A stretch of 43,129 bases of DNA. It comes from Bacteroidales bacterium (GTDB lineage: Bacteria > Bacteroidota > Bacteroidia > Bacteroidales > JAOZVK01). The position numbers and the translations under genes were made by a program. Positions 25,811 to 32,935 of the stretch are shown here, one piece after another (position 1 is the first letter of the stretch; every line of letters starts with the position of its first letter). The notes beneath the pieces are model-generated. The model ran no database searches. It was given only the letters and a program-made list of their open reading frames with translations, and had not been told where the DNA came from. The stretch spans positions 1 to 43,129 of the forward strand of contig JAOZVK010000002.1 of assembly GCA_029938185.1 (NCBI GenBank), in the 5' to 3' direction.

Positions 25811-26884
25811 ATGAAAAAAATGAAATACCGTGTAAGAATAGTACATACAGGGAAAGAATTTACAATGTCATTATCTCCCAACACACAAGGAACACAGATT
25901 GTAAAAGCATTACTAAATAACACCAAACTAAACCTTGAGAAAACTGACTGTGGAGGAAATCTTATAGAATATAAACTAACTTCAAATCATATTGGTAAAG
26001 ACATATGCAATGAGACATTAGCAAATGTAGGTGTTACAAGTGATGATTTATTGTTATTATTTCAAAGGTTTAAAAAAATGAAATACCGTGTAAGAATAGT
26101 ACATATAGGGAAAGAATTTACAATGTCATTATCTCCCAACACACAAGGAACACAAATTGTAAAAGCATCACTAAATAACACCAAACTAAACCTTGCGAAA
26201 ACTGACTGTGACGGAGAACTTATTGAATATGAACTAACTTTAAAACGTACTGGTAAAAACATACGCAATGAGACATTAGCAAATATAGGTGTTACAAGTG
26301 TTGATTTATTGTTATTATCTCAAAAAATAATAGCGGGAAAACCTATAATATATTTGTATCCAAATATAGAACAGGAGGTTTCTATAAAACTTAATATCAA
26401 AGGTATTATAACAGTGACATATCCACCATATAAAGATGAATGGAAAGTAAAAGCATTTCCTGATGGTAAAATTATAAACTTTTCAGATAATAAAGAATAT
26501 TCATATTTGTTTTGGGAAGCCAATATTTTTTTAAAATGGAATATAGAAGATATAGATGGTTTTGTTGTAAAAGGAGGTGAAACAGCAGTTTTTCTGCAAG
26601 ATATTTTATCAAAATTAGGATTGTTGCCTAAAGAATATAATGAATTTATTGTTTGGTGGTTACCTCAAATGCAAAACAATAAGTATAATTTTATACATTT
26701 TTCAGAAAAAGAATATCAAGATATTGCACAGCTTTCAATAAATCCAAAACCTGATTCTGTTTTGCGTATATTTATGGTTTGGAAGGCATTAGAAACTAAA
26801 ATAAAAGTAAAAGAACAAAAAACAAAAAATTTTAAAAGAAAAGGCTTTACTGTTGTTGAATGGGGAGGTACCCAAATATATTAA
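25811..26884 (+). CDS. Tandem di-Ubl fused to a ~182-aa C-terminal domain of unknown function (polyubiquitin / Ub-fusion-like precursor)
   Basis: Two head-to-tail copies of the 2783 Ubl domain. Repeat 1 spans 25811-26077 (MKYRVRIVHTGKEFTMSL...LLLLFQRFKK). Repeat 2 spans 26078-26338 (MKYRVRIVHIGKEFTMSL...LLLLSQKIIAG, Gly at 26336-26338). Then KPIIYLYPNIEQEV... continues to 26884. Confidence 0.8.
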   Translation: MKKMKYRVRIVHTGKEFTMSLSPNTQGTQIVKALLNNTKLNLEKTDCGGNLIEYKLTSNHIGKDICNETLANVGVTSDDLLLLFQRFKKMKYRVRIVHIGKEFTMSLSPNTQGTQIVKASLNNTKLNLAKTDCDGELIEYELTLKRTGKNIRNETLANIGVTSVDLLLLSQKIIAGKPIIYLYPNIEQEVSIKLNIKGIITVTYPPYKDEWKVKAFPDGKIINFSDNKEYSYLFWEANIFLKWNIEDIDGFVVKGGETAVFLQDILSKLGLLPKEYNEFIVWWLPQMQNNKYNFIHFSEKEYQDIAQLSINPKPDSVLRIFMVWKALETKIKVKEQKTKNFKRKGFTVVEWGGTQIY

Positions 26885-26899
26885 GTAAAAAAATAACAA

Positions 26900-27553
26900 A
26901 TGATAGACATAATTTTAGGAACAACTCTTTCATTAGCCAGCATGGGACATGCATTTGTACAAGACAAAAAACAAGATAAAATCAATAAAGAAATAATCAA
27001 AGAGTTGAAAGAACTGACGATTGTTGTTAAACAGCTATACGATAATGCAGTTGATAATGATGAATTTATCGAAATATCTATAGAAGACGAAATTCATATT
27101 CATATCGACGAAGATACTAAAAGAAGTGCAATTCCAAACTCCGACTCAATTATAATATATGATGACGATTCCGAGATTGATATTGAAGTTTTTAATGAAT
27201 TCCAGTTAGAAATTACAAAACTATATATATACATAAATATTATTAAAGCAGATGGAGTGATTGATAACAATGAAGTAATTTTTTTTAATAAATTGTTGGA
27301 AAAATCAAAATTAAACGAGAAAATCAAACAAGATATTTATAATGAATTACATAGTTCTAAAGAGTTTGATATTGAAATATCTCACTTACTTATATATCCA
27401 GAAACAATTATTAACAACATTATTACAAATGTTATAAATATTGCTGCTTGTGATGGCTATATTCATAAAAAAGAAAAAGAATTTATTTATGAACTTGCTA
27501 AAAAACTAAAAATTCCTAGAATAAGAATTGATGATATGTTAAGCATTGCTTAA
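26900..27553 (+). CDS. Protein with an acidic alternating-motif linker and a TerB-like C-terminal domain
   Basis: Two ADG-x4-E type repeats typical of the TerB fold: IIKADGVIDNNEVIFFNKLLEK and IAACDGYIHKKEKEFIYELAKKLKI. The preceding segment is IEISIEDEIHIHIDED...IIIYDDDSEIDIEVF. Confidence 0.55.
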   Translation: MIDIILGTTLSLASMGHAFVQDKKQDKINKEIIKELKELTIVVKQLYDNAVDNDEFIEISIEDEIHIHIDEDTKRSAIPNSDSIIIYDDDSEIDIEVFNEFQLEITKLYIYINIIKADGVIDNNEVIFFNKLLEKSKLNEKIKQDIYNELHSSKEFDIEISHLLIYPETIINNIITNVINIAACDGYIHKKEKEFIYELAKKLKIPRIRIDDMLSIA

Positions 27554-27574
27554 CATTTATATTATTATGTTGTG

Positions 27575-27601
27575 AAACTGTGTTAAAAAAACAGAGTTTT
27601 T
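27575..27601 (+). terminator. Weak AT-rich hairpin plus T-run after the 26900 gene
   Basis: aaactgtgt (27575-27583) pairs with acagagttt (27591-27599) with one mismatch, followed by tt. Confidence 0.3.
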
Positions 27602-27771
27602 AGGCTATATCAATACAATTTTCTTAAATTAAGTCTACAATTGGCTGTCTTCATGTCTGTAGACTGAAAGCTGTTGTTTATCAGACTTATTAAAAGTAAT
27701 AATTTAGCAATTTTGTTTGTTGCTTCGCTATGCTAAGTATATACTATAAACAATGTTCATTTTTTTTAACA

Positions 27772-29286
27772 ATGCAAATAATAACAAAAACAAATAAAGA
27801 TAATATACGTTTGATAATCGGTAATTATTATGATTACAGTCATAGGTATAATTATTTGTCAAATAGTTTGAAAAATGTAGATTTATTTTTTGCTGAACCG
27901 ATTATAGGAACAAATACTATTCTTTGGCAAACTCCTATTAATGAGCTTATAACTAATTTTAATAAATTATCAATATTAAAACAAAATAGTGTAAATCAAT
28001 ATATTAAAAAAATAATAATATTTGAACTTAATAAAATAGCAGAAAACAATATTTTATTATCAAAAAAAATAAATAAATATCTCACAATTCCCAATACAGA
28101 TAATATATATGTTTCGGAAAATGGTAATGCAATTAAAATAATTTTAACACAATGGGGTAGCAAATTTGATGATTTTAATAGAAAAGCTGTAAAACTTGAT
28201 GCTATACCATTCAACAAAAAAGAATCAGCAGGTACTATAAGTCAAGCCAAACCAAGTCCCAAAAGAAAACCCAAAAAAATAGAAGAGAGCAAACCTCTAA
28301 CTACAACAAACCAAAATACGACAACTCATACTTTTAGTTTTGATTTAGATATAAACACGTATAAAATAAATCTAAATTTAACAAATAATTTATACAAGTA
28401 CTTTCAAACACAACAAAAAGCATTTATTTATCAAGGAAAAGTACCACCAAAAAACTGGGAAGTTAAATATCATACAATGTTTTTAAACAAAGAAAAAGAC
28501 AATGATATAACTGAAGAAATAATAAAAAAGCTTAAAAAAATTGCATTAAAAACACAATTTTCACTTGTTGAAGTAATTACTGCTTTTGTACAGGGTGCAA
28601 TAGAGTACCAACATAGTAAAATAAACGATATCAATAGAGTGAAATATTACCCATATGAAACACTTTATCAAATAGAAGGCGTATGTGAAGATACGTCAAT
28701 ACTTTTGGCTAAATTATTAATATCATGTAACTATGAGGTAGTATTTCTAAGTTATGAACGCGCTAAACATCTTGCAATTGCTATTAAAGTTAATTCCCAT
28801 AAATATTCGAGCTATACATATAAAAAAAAATATTTTGCATATATAGAAACGACATCATATAGCAGGATAGCCAAAAAACCAGAAAAATTAGCAGAAGATA
28901 TAAAACTAAATGAGAAGGCAAATATTTTGCTGCCAGAAATAAACGGAAAAAAAGAATTTCATATTTCTAATGATTTTATGAAATATGAAAATGAAATTAT
29001 AAGCAAATACAAAAAAGAATATTTTGCAATATCTGCTGATGGGCGAAAACTGCTGATAAAAATATGTTATAAAAAAAACGAACTTGAACTAATTAAAAAC
29101 CAACAGGAACAACTAAATAAAGAGTTAAAAAGTTTAAAACAAAAATTAAATACACAAACAGTAATTGATAAATATAATAAAAAAGTAAATGAATTTAACT
29201 TGCTTAACAATAAAGTAGAACAAAAACAAAATGAACACAACAAATTAGTAGAAGTATTAAACCAAATAAATAAGCAAAATACTTAA
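27772..29286 (+). CDS. N-module, transglutaminase-like / papain-fold Cys peptidase domain and C-terminal coiled coil
   Basis: N-module motifs FFAEPIIGTNTILWQTPIN and IILTQWGSKFDD. Cys context YQIEGVCEDTSILLAKLLISCNYEVVFL (tgt 28684-28686), then AKHLAIAIKV (His) and YIETT (acid). Coiled coil is ELELIKNQQEQLNKELKSLKQKLN. By homology with its paralogs, the start is probably the Met at 27772 (MQIITKTNKD) rather than the track start at 27730. Confidence 0.65.
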   Translation: MQIITKTNKDNIRLIIGNYYDYSHRYNYLSNSLKNVDLFFAEPIIGTNTILWQTPINELITNFNKLSILKQNSVNQYIKKIIIFELNKIAENNILLSKKINKYLTIPNTDNIYVSENGNAIKIILTQWGSKFDDFNRKAVKLDAIPFNKKESAGTISQAKPSPKRKPKKIEESKPLTTTNQNTTTHTFSFDLDINTYKINLNLTNNLYKYFQTQQKAFIYQGKVPPKNWEVKYHTMFLNKEKDNDITEEIIKKLKKIALKTQFSLVEVITAFVQGAIEYQHSKINDINRVKYYPYETLYQIEGVCEDTSILLAKLLISCNYEVVFLSYERAKHLAIAIKVNSHKYSSYTYKKKYFAYIETTSYSRIAKKPEKLAEDIKLNEKANILLPEINGKKEFHISNDFMKYENEIISKYKKEYFAISADGRKLLIKICYKKNELELIKNQQEQLNKELKSLKQKLNTQTVIDKYNKKVNEFNLLNNKVEQKQNEHNKLVEVLNQINKQNT

Positions 29287-29294
29287 AAAAATTA

Positions 29295-29391
29295 TACGGT
29301 CTTCTAACCATTTAATATTGCTTTATATATAATTAGCTATAATTCAAAAAGTAAGCTTTACACAAAATAGATGAAATTTTTGTATTAGTTC
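29295..29391 (-). repeat. R1 intergenic repeat element (subfamily shared with the 37524 copy), reverse orientation
   Basis: The sequence tacggtcttctaaccatttaatattgcttt...aagctttacacaaaatagatgaaatttttgtattagttc begins 9 nt after the stop at 29286. Confidence 0.7.
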
Positions 29392-29432
29392 ATAGAAAAA
29401 ATAAAAAAGAATTCAACTAAAAAATAGGGAAA

Positions 29433-30365
29433 ATGCAAACTATAAAAAAAACAGATAAAGATTCAATACGACTACTTGTGGGTAATTTTAACGATTATAT
29501 TTTGCGATATAAATATTTGTATAATCAAATAAAAGAAAAAGCATTCTTTTTTGCTGAACCTTATCTTGCAGGTAATATTATACTTTGGCGTACACCACTA
29601 AAGGGGAAAATAATACCCTTTGGGAAACTACAAAAAAATGAAAAAGATAAGACTATATTCCAATTTGATGTTTTTTATAAAGAATTATGCAAAAAATTAA
29701 ATCAAAACACTAAACTTATTAATGAAATTAATAACTGTTTTATAATTCCGTCAGAATCTGATATATATGTTATTGAAAACGATTTATCTAAAAATATAAT
29801 ATTAACTCAGTGGGGAAGTGAATTTGATGAAAGAAAGGCAACACCTTTTAATGTTAAATCATATTTTGAAGAAATTATTGAAAATCAAAAAGAAAAGATA
29901 AGAAAACAAAAAGAAGAAAAACGAAAACAAGAAGAAAAGCGTAGAAGAGAAGAAGAAAGAAAAAAACAAGCACCGAAGCCAATAAGCCAACCAGAAGTAC
30001 TTCTAATTCCTGATGCTGCTGATGATTTTGAATTTGCTATGGGAAAATGGAAGAGTACAAGTGATTTGCGTAGTACATTATCAGAAGAATCCGTTGAGCT
30101 TTTTTTTGAATTTGATAAAAAAGGAAAAGGCACACTAACATTACTTGAAGAAAGTGGAAATAGATGTTTTGCACCTTTACAATTGCGTTTAGAAAAAAAA
30201 GTATTACATATAGAACAGTTAGATGTTGCTAAATGTGAGAATGATTCATTTTATATAAAAAATAATATCAAATGTGTTTCGGATGATAATAATGTTGCTC
30301 ATTGTGTTACTGAAACAAGTTCGGGAGATAAAATTGTAGAATTTACATTAGAGCATTTAAAATAA
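29433..30365 (+). CDS. N-module, K/E/R-rich linker and a C-terminal Cys-containing module shared with the S8 peptidase protein
   Basis: N-module motifs FFAEPYLAGNIILWRTPLKG and IILTQWGSEFDE. The C-terminus PDAADDFEFAMGKWKSTSDL...GDKIVEFTLEHL (30009-30362) aligns with PDAPKDFKFAEGKWKSSSDL...GSTIVEFTLKRV of the 18615 protein. Confidence 0.75.
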   Translation: MQTIKKTDKDSIRLLVGNFNDYILRYKYLYNQIKEKAFFFAEPYLAGNIILWRTPLKGKIIPFGKLQKNEKDKTIFQFDVFYKELCKKLNQNTKLINEINNCFIIPSESDIYVIENDLSKNIILTQWGSEFDERKATPFNVKSYFEEIIENQKEKIRKQKEEKRKQEEKRRREEERKKQAPKPISQPEVLLIPDAADDFEFAMGKWKSTSDLRSTLSEESVELFFEFDKKGKGTLTLLEESGNRCFAPLQLRLEKKVLHIEQLDVAKCENDSFYIKNNIKCVSDDNNVAHCVTETSSGDKIVEFTLEHLK

Positions 30366-30383
30366 CATAAACAAATTATTTTT

Positions 30384-31529
30384 ATGAATAAATATAAAAA
30401 AAAGTTAAAATTTGGTAGCAACAACGAAGAGTATATAATTAAAATAAAAAAGCCATGTAAATTGTGTTTATTATTGCTGTTAGTGCCTTTGTTATTGCTA
30501 ATAAGATTTAACAATAAAATTGATTATGTTTTGATAAATAGTTGCGATAATTCTAAAATTGCAGATACAGAAATAGCTATAAATTATAAAGATAATAATA
30601 TAGAACTTCATAATATCAAAAAAAAAACAGATTTAAATGGAGTAGTTTCATTTAAAATAAAAGGTAGGCGTTTATACGAAATTATTTTTGGACTTAATAA
30701 AATTACTAGCTACGAAGTTACCGCAAATGCAAATTCATTTGGCAAAACATTGGCTTCACACAAAGAATTATTAGTAAACTTAATTGAAAAAACAACAAAT
30801 TTGATAGTTAGTATAAAAAAGGAATTTGTTGTAAATGTAATAAGCAAAAAAAACGAAAATTTAAATATTCCAGAAACAAATATTAAACTAAAATATTATA
30901 TCAATGACAAAGAAACAATTCTAACATGTATTTCAGATAAAAAGGGAGTTTGTAGATTTGATATTCCTGTATGTGCTGAAGGAATAAAGCTATTTGGAGA
31001 AAAAAATGGCTACTCGTCTGATAGTATTTCTACAAATCTTGTTTCGGCAAAAGCAAATCCGGATAATAGAAAATTGAAATTGGAAGTATTAGGACCAGAA
31101 CCGCCTAGAGAGAATTGTAGGGCTTATTTTACAGGTAGATTAGTTGGTGAAAAAGTTAGAAATACTAAAGGCATTGTCATACCTTATATTGTAGATAAAT
31201 GGAGTGAGTATGTTGGTTCAGGCGAATATCCGGATAACAGTGTAGCTTTTCCAAAAGCAGTAGGTTCTTCTTTTGACGGAATTGCAATTGATTCAGGAAC
31301 AAGAGTAATTATTTATAAAAATAAAAACTTTACAGGTGAAATATTATTTGATAAAACAGGTCCTGCAATTGTTAATAATAAGGATTATAAAAATTCTTAT
31401 GCTTATTGTGATACGATTGTTTTTCCAATACCTGAGATTCAAGCAAGTTTTCCAAGTTCAGTTCGTGAGTGGAGTAAAACAAGTATGCATAATTGGTCGA
31501 ATGGTTCAGTTAAAATTATTTGTCAATAA
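30384..31529 (+). CDS. Single-pass membrane partner protein (IKIKK-CxxC-polyLeu N-terminus), beta-sandwich repeats and a beta/gamma-crystallin-like C-terminal domain
   Basis: N-terminus EEYIIKIKKPCKLCLLLLLVPLLLL. The C-terminus FDGIAIDSGTRVIIYKNKNFTGEILFDKTGPAIVNN..SNGSVKIICQ is homologous to the 21164 C-terminus. YKNKNFTG fits the Y/F-x4-F/Y-x-G Greek-key motif. Confidence 0.7.
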   Translation: MNKYKKKLKFGSNNEEYIIKIKKPCKLCLLLLLVPLLLLIRFNNKIDYVLINSCDNSKIADTEIAINYKDNNIELHNIKKKTDLNGVVSFKIKGRRLYEIIFGLNKITSYEVTANANSFGKTLASHKELLVNLIEKTTNLIVSIKKEFVVNVISKKNENLNIPETNIKLKYYINDKETILTCISDKKGVCRFDIPVCAEGIKLFGEKNGYSSDSISTNLVSAKANPDNRKLKLEVLGPEPPRENCRAYFTGRLVGEKVRNTKGIVIPYIVDKWSEYVGSGEYPDNSVAFPKAVGSSFDGIAIDSGTRVIIYKNKNFTGEILFDKTGPAIVNNKDYKNSYAYCDTIVFPIPEIQASFPSSVREWSKTSMHNWSNGSVKIICQ

Positions 31530-31547
31530 AAATATATAGAAAATTAT

Positions 31548-31622
31548 GGCTCTTAAAATTTATTTAAACACAAAGTTGTAAAAATATCTGTGCATAAGCA
31601 ATGCAAGAAGGTAAGCAGAGCC
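31548..31622. repeat. R1v variant element with inverted ends ggctctt / agagcc
   Basis: The stretch ttgtaaaaatatctgtgcataagcaatgcaagaaggtaagcagagcc parallels ttgcaaaaatatttatgcgttagcaaagtaaaaaggctttaagagcc at 3290-3327. It overlaps the 5' extension of the track ORF 31601. Confidence 0.5.
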
Positions 31623-31672
31623 AATTTAGTAAAACAATATTAAATTTATCATTATATAATAATTTCTCATTT

Positions 31673-32935
31673 ATGAAAACAATAGAAAAAAAGTCTACAT
31701 CTTCAATAAGATTTATCGTTGGAGCAGTAAACGATTATGATATAAGATATCGTAATTTACAAAAATTCTTAAAAAAAGGTAATCTTTACACTCTTTTTGC
31801 TCAACCCCTAGTGTCGGGTAAACAAATTTTATGGCAAACTCCTTTGAAAGGAAAAATTACAAAGTACTCAAATTTATCACTGGATAAACAAAATATAGCT
31901 GATAGAATATTGGAAGAGCAGGCAGGTCAAATCATTGGTGCTATTTCTAACAGAATGAATACAAGTAAAATAAAACAATATTTAAGCATTCCGACCAAAA
32001 GTGATATTTATTTAGTACAAACAGATTTGGAAGATAAAGTTGTTATCACTCAATGGGGATGTGTTGCTGATGATGCTGATAAAATGCCTGTTACAATTAT
32101 CAAAGATGAAAATTTTCCTGTACCTGTTTTATTTATTGTTAAATATAAAAATGGAGAAATGGCTCCTAATGAAGATTTATTTATTGTATTTAATAATATG
32201 GCAAATAAAGAAAATTCAGGAACAGAAGCCAAAATTGACTTTGGAAAAGTTGTTAAACGCACACCAATACAAGTATATCAAATTGTTGAGAAAAAAAAAC
32301 AATTTTTTCACGACTTTATTGTTGATAGTCGAATTGAGTATTTTATAGAACTACCTCCTCTACAAACAATGCACTTTATGGTACAGGATACAAATGGAGA
32401 CACTAAATCTGATTATAGTTTTACTTTTGAATATGCTGGTAAAAAACTTACTCAAATATCAAACGAAAATGGATTTATTGATATTGAAGGGATTAAAGTA
32501 ACAACTTCTGTTAAAGCATATCATGAAAAATCTGAAAAAAAATTATATCCACACTCTTTTATTTGTGAGGAAGATAGAGATGTATATATTTTGTTAATAC
32601 CTGCACCTATCGTTAAGGAACCACCACCAATAATTATTGATGAACCAGAACCATATATTGAGCCAAAATCAAAACCAAAACCTAAGGAATTAAAAATTAA
32701 ACTTGTAACAAGACGTTTCTTTTTTCAAAAAAACAAACCCATAGCAAATCAAGAAATTGAATTTAAACATAAAGAAAAAGAATATAAACTGACGACTGAT
32801 GATGAAGGATATTGCACACTAATAATAGATGAAATAGAAAAAGACGAAATAATTGAAGCATTAGTAAATATTCCAAAAAAGAAAAAAGAAAAAAAATCAA
32901 AACCAAAATATTCAAAAGACAATGCAAATAATTAA
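31673..32935 (+). CDS. N-module, two beta-sandwich-like repeats, Pro/Lys-rich linker and a small C-terminal domain
   Basis: N-module motifs LFAQPLVSGKQILWQTPLKG and VVITQWGCVADD. The start is set at Met 31673 (MKTIEKKSTSSIRF) by homology with 37767 (MKIIEKKSTSSIRL); the 31601-31672 extension lies in a repeat element. The gene overlaps the next gene by 14 nt. Confidence 0.75.
   Translation: MKTIEKKSTSSIRFIVGAVNDYDIRYRNLQKFLKKGNLYTLFAQPLVSGKQILWQTPLKGKITKYSNLSLDKQNIADRILEEQAGQIIGAISNRMNTSKIKQYLSIPTKSDIYLVQTDLEDKVVITQWGCVADDADKMPVTIIKDENFPVPVLFIVKYKNGEMAPNEDLFIVFNNMANKENSGTEAKIDFGKVVKRTPIQVYQIVEKKKQFFHDFIVDSRIEYFIELPPLQTMHFMVQDTNGDTKSDYSFTFEYAGKKLTQISNENGFIDIEGIKVTTSVKAYHEKSEKKLYPHSFICEEDRDVYILLIPAPIVKEPPPIIIDEPEPYIEPKSKPKPKELKIKLVTRRFFFQKNKPIANQEIEFKHKEKEYKLTTDDEGYCTLIIDEIEKDEIIEALVNIPKKKKEKKSKPKYSKDNANN

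Noticed and set aside
31601-31672. N-terminal extensions of track ORFs (31601-31672 MQEGKQSQFSK.., and likewise 27730-27771, 5041-5070, 21161 TTG, 24939 TTG)
   Set aside because: Paralog alignment places the conserved starts at 31673, 27772, 21164 and 24945. The 31601 extension also falls inside an R1v repeat. At 5041 the internal Met at 5071 gives a canonical signal peptide, but I kept the long coordinates there because neither start can be excluded.
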